From the NCBI GenBank assembly GCA_036172245.1, contig JAYWIR010000033.1, positions 310,001 through 374,000 of the forward strand: a stretch of 64,000 bases of DNA, given 5' to 3'. The notes beneath the pieces are model-generated. The model made no database searches, was not told where the DNA came from, and worked only from the letters and a program-made list of their open reading frames with translations. Of the stretch, positions 47,847 to 60,104 are shown one piece after another. Position 1 is the stretch's first letter. Each line of letters begins with the position of its first letter. Made by a program: the position numbers and the translations under genes. The stretch is from Raillietiella orientalis (Eukaryota).

Positions 47847-50800
47847 ACTCGGTCAAGCCGGGGCGTTTATTCCATATAACATAAACAAAAAACCATTATA
47901 TAAAATAAACCAGTTGAGAACCAAACTCCCAACCGACGACTGAAATAGAATGAAGAGAATATTGCTGGCACCGAGGCCAGAGTAACAGTTTTGCGAACGG
48001 TCTGAGGGGGCGGGGAACACAAAGAAACCAAAATAAAATAAAAACAATGAATAAGGAGGACGGGATAAGGGTCTTTGGGATCGCTCTGGAAGACACGGGG
48101 ATTAAAGCATACGCACCGGAAATTTCACCAAGCAAACGGGGACGGGGTATGAGTGGGCGAGAGGTCGCAGAGGTCACTGGATTACGCCGTTCTCAAAGGT
48201 GTGTAAACCGGCGATGTATGCCGGTGATGTCCTCATTCACCTTGTCACGAAGATGAGACCACCTTGAAGCCTTCTCCATGAATTGAGCTGCAAGCAGGTG
48301 AGCCTGCCTTCGCTGCAATGACAACTCCAGGGCGTAGCGGGCCTTCACGATGGCGCGAACGCAACACATGGTTGCGACAATCGCGTTAACCGAAAGCCCA
48401 TTCCTGCTGAAGAAGCGTTGCAGCACATCAATGGCAGTGCCTGCTTGTGGCAAGATGGCCCAAGTGAGCCTTCGCCACAGTTCCCGGAGGTCACCGCAGT
48501 CCAGTAAAAGGTGCGGAAAAGTCTCGATCTCTCCGCACCTTAAACAGTTTACCAAAGCAGCTTTCCCGGAAACGATGCTTTGCTGCCTATTACAGTCCAA
48601 TGCACAATGTAAAAAGAGCAGCACATCTTGTTCTTACTTTAGGGGACACGCAGAGCTGTCCAAACAAACGGAATGAACCACTATCTCTTCGGGGGGCACA
48701 CTTATATGTTCGCTCCACCGGAGGAGGCTCTTCGCCCGATTCCGAGGAGTGGCGGCTCGCACCAGCTCCTTTGTCGTCCAGCTGCCGAGGAGCTTACTGA
48801 CTTTCGCTATTTTGCAGGAGAACTCCCATTCCGCCGGTAGGAAACCGTCGTTGCTTGCCCAGAGGGCAAACAGCGCTGCGGCGAGTGGTGTGGCGGCCAA
48901 ACGATCCGACATATTCTTGTCCTTCATGACTTCGTGCATTAGATGACTGAGGAGAAGTCTCAGGCATCGAAGATCTTCCAAACGCGTTCCTTCGGAAGCT
49001 GCTTACGATGAAAAAGATTCCTGACGCAATGCATTAATGTTCATGGGATCGCAAAAGATCCAGGTTTGGGCTTCCAGCAGTGAGGATAGCAGCCTCGGCG
49101 GGGAGCCAAACCCTATTCTGGTGTGCCGAAAGTGGGGTAGCAACGAAAGCAGTCCCTCGCTTCCCGTGCAGCGCCTCAATATAAGGCGTGCGGGTAAGCA
49201 CCTCGACGTACAGCACAGCTTGGCACGGAACCGCAGCATTGGAAACTGCACATGCACTTCGATGCTGTTTGAGTCGAGGAAGCTCAAGCCTAAATCCTGA
49301 CGCGGTGCCATTAATTCTTTAAGTGTAACACGGGATCTTGCAGCGCCCAACAAAGTTTTGCGTAGAAGGCTCTGCGCGCAGACTTTGACTTCCTGGGCGG
49401 GCGGACAAACAAAAAACAGGGGATGTTAGAGGGGAGCAATTAAGGTGTTCCAGATGCAGGCCCGTTCCGACAAGACTGACTCGCTTCCTGAAAACGGGCC
49501 AACTGCCCGCTCTGCCTACCGAAGGCAGTCCGACCACGCTTCTGAGATGCAAAAGTCGCCCAACGGCACGGCAAGGTACCTGAGGTACCTGCCCGTGGGC
49601 ATCCCCAGGCGGATCAATTCGGAGTGCCCCTCCCACGTCGCACTCACCGGAACCACCATACTGTTACTCCTGTTAACGCTCACGCCACCACCGCGACGAA
49701 TCAACTCAAAGAAGTCTTCAAGCGATGTCGCCGGGGTGGTCATGGGCAACAGGAGAAGCAGGTCGTCGGCATAGGCTGCCACGGCCGGCGTACCTGGACA
49801 GGAGCTCGGCAGGTTGGCTAGCGTCAGCCTGTAATCCTCCAGCACCAATTCAAAATAGATGCTGAAGAGCAGCGGGCTTAAGCTATCACCCTGCCTGATT
49901 CCTCGTCGTACCGGCACGCCTTACATGCGACAGGCACTGAAAACAATGGATGTAATCGCGTGGCGCCAGCAGGAGCGCAAGTACGCCAACAGGGATGCCG
50001 GAAGACCCAGACGTTCCAAAACCTCAAGAAGAAGCTTTTGGTTCACGCAATCGGAAGCTTTGTGCAAATCGAATGCAACCGCCAAGGCTCACGGTGTCTC
50101 CCTTTGCGTTCCGAGCCTCCGTCGGTGAGAGATCGAAGGCGTCGCTTCCGCATGACGATCCACAGCCACACGATGCTGCAATTGCAGCCATGTCCGGATG
50201 AAAAAGAGATTCGCTTCCATGGAACGCCCAGGAACAGCGTACGTCTGCTTCGGACTTACCAAGGATTACGCGAGCCTACCCATCCACGCCACTAAAAGTT
50301 TCCACAACAACTTGAAGTCCGAATTGACTAATGTGATCGGACGCCAGCTGTTCAGATGGCGCACATCTCCGCCTTTTGGCAGAAGACGCACCTTCGCTGA
50401 GCCAAACGAGACGGGACATCGCCCGAGTCTCGCATCAGCGAAGAGAGTTACAGCACCAGGGAGATGAGCTCCGACGCAAAACACTGCAAGAATTTCGCGG
50501 GAGCCCATCCTCGCCTGGCGCCTTTCGTTTCTTGATCCCCGAGATGGCCGAGGAAATTTCCTCTGCCGTGAAGGGCTCATCAAGACGCGCGCGTTCCTCC
50601 TCGTCTACAACAGGTGCATCAATCGGCAGAAGCAGCCGGGAGAGGCTGCGTTCCAGCGGTGCATCGGCATACAGAGAAGAGTAATATCGCCTGAATATCC
50701 GTCGCACGTTGGCTGGAGCCGAGCATTCTCGGTCCTGGTCGTCGAGCATAACTGCCGCCCCTGTCTGCCAGACCTGGCGCTTGGCCTTGGCCTTGTACTC

Positions 50801-52520
50801 AGATAATCGACCAGCGTCCGTGCACCTGGAAAAGGAGCGCTCCTGCAGAAAATCTCTGCTGTTGGCTACGCCTTCTCCGAAGCCGCGCGGATGCTGGTGA
50901 AGGGAAACCGGCAGCAGAACTCGTTGATCGATCTTTTCAGATCTTTCCAGTCCTCGAACTCACTAATACCAAAGCTGAGAAGGTACTGGCGAATATGCGC
51001 AGCCGCCTCCGGGTGGCTCAGCCAGTCTGCCGGCATCCTCCAAAAACAGTTTGGAGGCCCCTTGCGTGGCGGGAGCAACTCGAACTCGAGCCTGTTGTGG
51101 TCTGTAAGCACGGACGGCACGGGACTTCTCCGATTAACTCGAGAGAGCAAGTGTTCATCAAGGTATACGTGGTCCGGCGTTGCTGCCATGACAGAGTGGC
51201 TAGCGAACAAGTTCCACGCGTGCACGGACATGCACATCTCTTCCGCTAGCAACTTTTCCCTTTTGTGGGATCTATTCTCGGAAATCAGGTGGACGTCAAA
51301 GTACCTAGCAATGAGATGGGCCACAGAAGGGTGAGATTGAGTGAGCCACTGGCTTTGAAGGGTACCGAAGAACTCAATCCTTTCGGCCCATCGTCCAGCA
51401 CCGCTCGGCGCGTACACGTTGGTTACGACAAGGTCGATCGAGTAGGACCACTTGAGTACAAGCTGTCCCACTCGGCCTTCTGTGTCGAAACGAACGCTGC
51501 GCACCGCTCATGCCAAAGTTCCTCGCACGAGGAAAGCGACGCCGCACGTCCGTGCAACGCCGCACCTATAAAGTAGCGTTTCGTCTGCGCGCCGTTCGAT
51601 TTCGGCAGCCTTCTCTCCGGAGATGCTGTGAATCTCCTGCAGGAGCGTCAAGTCGAAGGCGGGCAGAGCGTCAGTCACTAGTCGCCTCTTCTCGTGTTGG
51701 AGCCCGTTGAAGTTTCAAGACGTTACTTCAACACGACGAGAAGACGCGATTGCCCTCATCACTGCAGGAAAAGCGAGGCTGTGGTGCTCGCCTCACCCGG
51801 CGAGCGAGCAGTAAGCAGCACGACGGGCTGAAGGGCGCGCTCGCCACCGGCCTCAACTGTGCTGAACGTAATCGGATGCTCCTCCCCGGGTGCAGAACAT
51901 GTGGGTTGCGGGGTGAGCGCTCGTTGTTCCGCGGCGAGTGTGTTACGCTTCAGGGCTTCAGCTTTGCGGGCGCTCGCTCCCGCGCAAGTAATGCGTGGAT
52001 CAGCGGTGCTATCAAACTACTTTGCGGAGTCTGATGCTCGCACGATTGACGTGCTCTTGCATCTGTCCGATTGCACCGGAATGGTCTTCTCGGCGGTCAC
52101 AGAAGCGGACTTGCACGCGTTGAAGGCGCTGGCTTTTTCCTGGGAAGAAGCACTTGCCGCGAGTGTTTTCGCATTCGCGCGACTGCTTTTTCCTTTAAAA
52201 GAGCTAAAAGGTGGACGTTGGCAAGCCTTTTTTATAGATTTTTCCATCTTTTTCTCCACAACCTTCCATTCGCCTTCGCGATTCTCGGAGGCTCTCTCGA
52301 AAGTAGTTGCGGAAACCTCCGGGATTTTCGCTGCGTTCTCTGGAGTCGTTGATTTCGCTACGCCTTCAAAAGGCGGCAACGAAGTCACCTTCTTGACAGT
52401 CGAGAGATTGCTCGTCTCCTTCCGACTCGGTGATTGTGATCGTGTGAGCCCGGACAAGGAAAGTTTTCCAGACGAAAATACGAAAGAAGCGCCGAGGAGA
52501 TCACGGCGGAAGACCTGCTG
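47847..52520 (-). mobile_element. LINE W, 3' part: ORF1 end plus nearly complete but disrupted ORF2 and 3' end
   Basis: TGATG at 51761-51757; NVYAPSG, TDHN, WRPITLVNSDFK, GIRQGDSLSP, AAYADD and CLRCGEIETFPHLLLDC motifs. Terminal motif 47871-47847. Confidence 0.9.
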
Positions 52521-52529
52521 TCGTCCCGT

Positions 52530-55500
52530 GCAGCAAGACCAGCTGCCAGGATGCAAGCACCTGGAGGACGAGTAGAAAGACCGTCGTCCCTCATGGAAGC
52601 CATGGAAGTAACGTGGGGCAACGGCGAGGCGGTGGAAGGCATGCCGAGGATCGCGCCCGCGGAGGGCATTGCTGCGCCGGCGGCGGCGATGCCAAGGGTC
52701 GTGCCCGGGGCGACGAGGGCGGTGCTCGTGCCCGCGGCGGCGACGCCGAGGATCGTGCCCGAGGCGGGGAAGGTCGTGCCTGAGGCTGCGATGCCGAGGG
52801 TGCTGCCCGCTGCAGCAACGGTGGCGACGTCGAGGGTTGCGCTCACATCGTTGGCGTCCCAGGCTGGACCTGCGGGCGTTTACGCGGTGCAGGGCGAGAC
52901 CCCATCTTGTTCGACTGCGGCGGCGCAGCCCTTTTCCTATGCGTCGGTGGCGGCTGGAAAAGCGAGTGTCCACCCACCAAGAGAATTCGGGAAGTCGCTA
53001 TGCGGAAAAGACCAAAGCGTGGATCGGCCGATCGTGTAGTTAGGGCCGAATGTGAAGCCCATCATTTTCAAGACTGGGCTGATCAAGTTCAATAATATCA
53101 GGGAGGTGTATCTGTCCCTCGATAAAACGGACATGAATTTTGATCGCATACAGGCGATCATACCAGCAAACAACGGGTTCACAGTCTTCACAGACTGTGA
53201 AACTATTAGAGAGCGATTGATCCAGAAGGGGATCAATATACAAAAGAGGATAATTTGTATTATTGGCGAGATGCCATACACAACCGTCTACCTGAACGGC
53301 GTCTCCATCATCACACCTCAACTAACGGTGTGGAACATTTTGGAACAGTATGAGGAAGTTCTGGACAATGTATTCCAGAACTACTCTGGAAATATTTTTT
53401 CTGGCGAAATGATCGCCAAAATGAAGTTGAAAGACGGAGCTGTGATCCCTGGATTAGCTGTTCTGGAAGAACAATCTCAGGGAGTGAACGTGCGTCACCG
53501 GAAACAACCGGTATTCTGCACCGGATGCAAGCAGTTCGGCCACCAGGCCGGCGCTTGCCCAACGTGTGGTTGTTTCCCCTGCGGCAAAATAGGATATCAA
53601 GTCCGAAACTGCCCGCAGCCGGAGGTGTGCTCCTTCTGCAAGAAACACGGACATGCCAAATAAAGCTGTCCAGAGTTTGCAGACTGCAGAAGGATTCGAG
53701 GTCTCTCTCCCGTGAGAAAGAGAAACACCAAGGAGGCGAAACAGCCTCATAATGCAGGAAGACCGAAGAAGGTGAAAGAAGCCCTCCCGGTATAGAAAGA
53801 CGGCTTCATACAGGTAGGGAAGAAAAAAAAAAGGAGCATGCTCGTCAAGGAGCAAGAAACCTTTCTTATCCTGGAAGGTGAAGAGAAAGAAGGCGAGAAG
53901 ATGGAGGTTGCGCAGGAAGGCGTGGAAGAAGAAATAGTCGAAGCCACTACGGTGTCGCAGAAGGCCTTGCAATCTACGGGGGAGCTGGCATCATTGGCTA
54001 ATAAAGTCCTAGAGGTGCAGTGCGGTCCCCAGCAAGAAAAAATTTTGCAGAAGATCTGCAATGCACATGAGAAGGTCAACCAGTTTGTGGAAGTCACCTA
54101 TCGCGAGAAGCTAGACGAAGAGCTTCTCGACGTAAAGACGAACTTCTGCGCCTAGTTCGAGATAGAGACGGTATCTCGAAAATTGATCGCGCAGGCTTAA
54201 CACTCGACGGAGGAGGCGGAAATAACCGACCTTACAGGAACCGAGAGTGCCGCCAGCAGCGAGAAGCCAGCTGCTTCTTCATTATCTGGAAGAGCACGCT
54301 CTCTCAGATAGAAGAAGCTTGGGAAGGCCAAGAAATAGGACTTCCCCTTTTATGGACTCTTCCCTATCGACCGAGAGGAGGCTGAACATCGCCTCCTTTA
54401 ATGTAAACGGTGTGGTCGACCAGAAGAAAAGAAAAAGTATTGTGCAGACCATCGCACACCAAGACATAGTGTGCCTGCAGGAGACCCACAAGATGGGTCT
54501 CGAGATTAGTAAGCAAATGGAACGGCGATTCAACGGGCAGATGTTCGTCATCGAGAAAAAAAGGAACTCGCAATATGTGAAGGTCCTAATCAAGCACAAC
54601 TTGGCATTCACCATTCTGGAAGTGTTCTGTCCCTAAACCGAACGAATCATTGGCGTGCGACTCGCCTTTTCCGCTACTGTTCACCTCATCCTGGTGAACG
54701 TGTGCGGGCCGCACAGGCTAAAACATCGTTGTGCGTAGGCGCTGCATGCATCACTCCGTGAAAAGGTTGACCCCAAGGACGTCGTGATTCTTGCTGTCGA
54801 TCTCAACATATTGGATGAGATCATACACCCCGAAGACACCAGAGGAAGGACGGCGTATCAGCGGCTATCCGAAGAGTTAGGACTGGTGTGGCGAACGGCA
54901 AGTCACAAGTTGAACGATCACGTCCTGCACAGCACCGAACCTGGGAATCGCAACCAGGGTTTTCGAGACATTATGACCACGGTATGCGATCAATCCCTTA
55001 AGCGGTTTTCCCTAACAACGAAGAATCCTCGGCGGAGGCAAGGCACCAAGGCGGCGCTCATCAGCATGCCCGCCTGGTTCGAAACCCATCCCGGACATCA
55101 GGCTGTCCTGGAGACGATTCTGAAGGCAACAACATTCCGAAGAGTTGCCGAGTGGACAGCCTGAAACACAGGATACACCTGTTTGCAAACATGCAGTTCA
55201 GGAATAGGCGCTTCAGGCAGGAGGCGTACCGTGAGCTGAACATCCAAGATCGCTCACTCTCAAAGCACTTCGATCAGTACGAGAGTCGGTACGTCTTCAA
55301 GAACATAAAAGGGAAAGTAGGCGTGCTGGAGAAGAGAAACCTGGCAACAGATATCTTCTGCATCTAGTACGACGGTCAAAAGCGACAGTCGTCGGAGGAC
55401 ATCGTGGATGCCTTTCACAGGCATTACACGAAACACTTCAGGAGACAACAACTCTGTCGCTCTAGTCAACAGGTTTTTCTGAGCTACCTCCAGAAGAGGA

Positions 55501-57985
55501 CCGTCGATCTCCAGCGAAACAGACTAGAGGAGGAGTTCTCCGAAGATGAGGTGGAGACTGCGTTTGGTCAACTAGGTAAGCACGTGGCAGCGGGCCCTGA
55601 CAGCGTACCCATTACTCACTATCACCGCTAACTGCATGCCTACCTGCGTTTGTTCCAACAGTTGACCCTCTGCATCCGCGAAGCAGGAAGACTTCCGCAC
55701 TTTTTCTACGAGAGTCGAATGAGATTGTGGCCGAAAGGAGTCGACCCAATCCAGATCGCTCAATGGAGGCCAATCTCAATCCTCAACTCCGAAGCCGAGT
55801 GGTTGCCGAAGATCTTGTCCAACCGCTTAGGCAGGGACATGTCGAAGCTCATCTCTCCGGTCCAAACGTGTGCAGTCCCTGGACGTCACATGTCGCACAA
55901 TGTCAGGTGTGCCCAGGCCACCTTCGGACTCAGTTGATACGTCGGAGAGTACCTGGAGCTAGTGTTAACTGACATGGGGAAGGCTTTCGACTCCATCGAC
56001 CATGGGATGCTGCTGAAGGTTCTGAAGAAGCTAGGCGTACCGGGACACTTCAGCAACTTCGTGAGGGTGGTACTTTAGATCCAGAAATGCCGAATCAAAA
56101 TCAACGGCCAGGAGACGGCAGCAATCTGGATGGAACGGGGAGTTCGGCAGGGCGATTCGCTAAGTCCGATGCTGTTCGTCATCTACATGGAGGCATTATC
56201 GTCCTTTATATAGAAGTGCGGACGATTGCAAGGCATAATAATCGATGGCCAGCGTCCTACTTATCTGGCAAACGCTGATGATCCACTCTTCCTTATCAAG
56301 GGAGAGAGAAACCAACGAGCGTTTCTGGATGTGGTGGACCTGATGGATCAAGGCCTGGGTCTAAATATCAACGCCTAGAAAAGTCAGCTCTTGCTCGTTG
56401 GAATCCTCGATCTCTTTGCTCTAGCGGGGAGAGGATTCCGAACGGTAAACAAGGCCAAGTACCTGGGTGTTACATTGGCGTCCTCTCTGCGTCGAAGCTA
56501 CTGTTGACCGAGATCCAAGGGAAAACGGCCAAGAAAGCAACCAAGTACACCCGAAAGGACCTTTGAATGAAGCGAAAGGCCAACATGTGGAACGGAGTAC
56601 CCCTTTCAAAAGTGCTCTTCGGGGCGGCCTTCGAGAGGATGAACAAGGACACCACGAGGGAGTTCGACAAGCTGCAGAGAAAAATACTGTGAGGCCACTA
56701 TCGCCCAAGAGTTCGACTAAAACCCCTGTGTCGTCCCAGGGAAGAAGGCGGTTCCGGGATGAAGTCGCTTGCAAACTCCATAGAAATCATGGATACGCGA
56801 CACATCCTGGACATTGCCACGCACTGGTATGACTGGCGATATGCGGCGCACAAGGCCTACGCGTTGTTGTTGAACAACACGAAAGGCCTGATGACTGCGC
56901 TGCTAGGCCAAGCAGGCGAATGGAAAAAACTCGACCCAACCTGGACGAGGAGGCAACATCTGGTGCGAAAGCACAAAATCGAGTTGGTGCCGAGAAGTAA
57001 TGAACTGTGGCAGTACGAGTCCATTTTGGTGATCGTTTGGATGCTTCCTGTGCCGCCGGACACGAGGAGCTGGATCCACCAACGGTCCAGAGTTACCGTA
57101 CAATGAATCCAGTAGTGGAAACAAGGAGGGTACATACATCACACTCGTATACTTAGGTATATAGATATCATGTTAGGAAGGTTTATCTACATGACCCGCG
57201 ATGTGTGGATCAACCACAACGACTTCGCGTGGACCAGGGTATACAAAACAAACCTCCGAAGATTAATTCGGGAAGACGAATGTGAAATGAGTGCCCTCCA
57301 GGAAGCCGCCGTTTGCTTCGGAAGAGACCGCATCAACCTGCTAGCGATCGGCACGATGCTCTGGAGAAATGACCTTCCGCCGGGCACCCAGGATGACCTC
57401 CTGATGTTTTATCATGGAGGAATCCAGAGTGGGTCCCGATTGCAGTACTATACGGGAAGACATGAAGATCGAGACTGCACGGCATGTGGAGACAACGACA
57501 CCAGACTTCACGTCTTGACGTGTGCCACATTGTTGCATTACAGGCTGATTCTGAAAAGAATCATCGGACTCAACACCAGGTCCGTAATGGAGATCCTTGC
57601 CGGGATGTTTCATGGGGATGGTAATTTGCCCTGTTACAATCCCATGGTGAGAATGACCATCACCCTCTTCATCACCGCGATACTTGTGCAATGGAAGAAA
57701 ATAAGTGAAAGCCAGAAGAGCCGCACCACCGATGGAGATCCTACAAGGGCTCCTGAAGAGGGAAATCGGCATTAGAAACTGTGAGAAAATCCAAGCCTGG
57801 ACGTCTCGATTCATCCTGAAGAGGATAGAAGACGACGCCCGGGACCGAACAGCAGGTAACCCACCATGAGTGCAGAACTTGTGAACTCATCGACTTTCGT
57901 GTGGTAAAGACAGTGCAAATGGTATGAATGAGACTGTAGTGTGAATGCATTTCTAGTTAAATTTTCGAAAAATAAATTTACCCCT
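52530..57985 (+). mobile_element. Divergent near full-length L1/Tx1-like LINE B (ORF1 ~52551-54300, ORF2 ~54352-57775), pseudogenised
   Basis: SYASVAA; three knuckle-like motifs in 53052..53663; ASFNVNG, CLQETH, WRPISILNS, KAFDSIDH, GVRQGDSLSP, LANADD and CTACGDNDTRLHVLTC; AATAAA at ~57971. Confidence 0.88.
52620..52835 (+). repeat. GC-rich coding minisatellite in the ORF1 N-terminus of B (A[AM]/TPR[IV]VP-like units)
   Basis: Repeated GCGA(T/C)GCCGAGG(G/A)TCGTGCCCG units; translation MPRIAP, MPRVVP, TPRIVP, MPRVLP. Confidence 0.8.
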
Positions 57986-59369
57986 CCCCTTTTGGGACTT
58001 GGGGAAAACTGCCGAGTCGGCGGTGAGGCGAGTGCATGCAGCGTGCTTTTGCTCGTCTCGACGATGCTTTTTACGGCATTGGTAGCCTTTGCAGAGAGGC
58101 GTGCGCTGCAGTGGGGCTGTCCGGAACTCGGAAAGGACAACGGAACGGAGCAAGAAGTCTTCGCACTGTTGCGATCTTCCTGTTTTGCTACATTCCTCTT
58201 CAGGCTCTTACGGAGATTTCCTGGTACCTGACTCGAAGAGGTGCCTGCGAGTTCGGCAGCGAGGAAGGGCACGGCACGCGTCAAACCCTTGCGCATCTTC
58301 TTAATTGGTTTCCCGCCGTGACTTTCCACTTTCGGGTCTTTTTGGGAGGGGATGCTTTCTTTTCATCCGCGGAACGCTCGTTGTTTTTTCCGAGTTTTCG
58401 CGGAGGACTTTTTTTATTTGCCGCTGCGGCTTTTCGTGCAGTGGTCTCTTGAACCCGACGAATTTCCGCTGCGGATCTTTTTCTTGCAATCACCGGGCAC
58501 TTTTTGATTTCGTGCCCGGAATCTTTGCAATAGCTGCATCTTGGAGAGGGGCACCCTTTGATTCGGTGCCCATCCTTGCCGCACTGCTCGCACGCGCGAG
58601 TCTAGCCTATGAACCACAGGTGAACGACCGTGCCGTTCACCTGCAGCTGCTCAGGCACAACACGCCTGTTTGCGACGGTGATCCGCGCGGTAGCTTGTCC
58701 GATGTGGACAGAGGAGAAATCCTACAAAGCGTTCTGATTTCTCCACAGGGCGTGCACTTTGCCGAACTTCGCCAGCACGCTGACAACATCGCGGTCGGAG
58801 ATTTTCGGTTCGATGTCGCACAATTGAACGACAAAAGAGTCGTCCATCGCGGTAGGTAGAACTTCCTTGCAATTGATGGTGAACGGCGTACGGAGAAGGC
58901 GCTGCACAAGTGCTGAGTCCTTGTACGAAATCTTCGTATATTCCATCCTGCCAGCAGGCATTATGGCAAGGTGTTGCTCCTCGCGAACGCCGATCCGGAC
59001 GAGCTCATCATTGAGCTCACGACCGATTCTTCCGCTAAGGGGCCCACTGACCTTATAACGGAGTGCAGGCATGTATCCTGATGACACTTTTGCCTGGAAC
59101 TGCGCATCGCAGGGTCCTGGTCTTCAAGAGGTAACGGCGGCGTAACTCCTCAGCGGGGGCGAGGAAACCATTACGGAGGATGCGGCTACTTCAAGTGCAG
59201 CTTATGTGCATCCAGTGGCTTGCTTCTCCACACTATCCTGTGTACTGGCCATGTTGCACTATGCTACTTGAAAAATTGCACAGAAACACACAAGTGCGAG
59301 CGAAAACGCAGGCACAAAGTTGCTTGATCTTTGGCGCGGATAGACGCGGAAACACGTCTGCACTGTACG
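57985..59369 (-). mobile_element. LINE W, 5' part (5' UTR and ORF1)
   Basis: AGACGTGTTT at 59359-59350; GYMPALRYKV...LVQRLLRTP...AMDDSFVV (58722..59087). Confidence 0.8.
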
Positions 59370-60104
59370 AGCGCGGGAGATCAAACGGATCGCGGGAGGC
59401 GGCTGCTGTGGCGCTGCGGCAAAATCAAGCGGTATCGCCTTTCTGCTCCGGCCAGCCATCGAGGCCGCAATAAAGGACGTACGGTTTGATGATGCCGGTC
59501 GCGTCGGTCAGCTGACTCGAAGCTGGTCCGACTCTATCGTCCTGGCCGTCAGCAACCTGTTCGCTCCTAGACGTAACGACACGTTGAGGGCGAAGGCAAG
59601 AAGAGAATTCTACCTTGCTTTCGGACGCGATTGGCTGATCAATGCAGGTGTTCGCAAAGCGCACCTGATCGCAGGTGACTTGAACCTGCGCCTGCTTCTA
59701 TGTGCTCCGTATACACTGAACGACTGCGTCAACGAGTTGTGCGCAGAAATGCACACGTGCAACTTGTTGGCTGGAGATGCTGACATGGAACGCAGCATTG
59801 ATCATGTGTTCCTTGATTAGCACCTTAGCTTACCTTAGCTTACCGGGGCAAGTTACCTTCCGAACTGTCAAACCATGGCCGGATCTTGTTCGAAGTGCAT
59901 CCGCGCGACAAACGCCCTCCCTCGTCAGCGTGGCGCCTGCGATTCGACTGGATGAAGCTCCCTGACGCAGCGGAACATCTCCTGCAATCCATACGGAGCT
60001 TCAGAATTCGGACGCTTCAGCACTGGGACTGTTTCAAGCGGTCGGTTCAGGAGTTCGGCGAACAGTTCCCTATCCATGGTCTACCTGAGTGATTTAGGGT
60101 TGTC
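59370..60104 (+). mobile_element. Continuation of the endonuclease begun at 47678
   Basis: Resumes at EIKRIAG; VRFDDAGRVGQL, HLIAGDLNL, IDHVFLD and QFPIHGLPE motifs. Confidence 0.8.
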
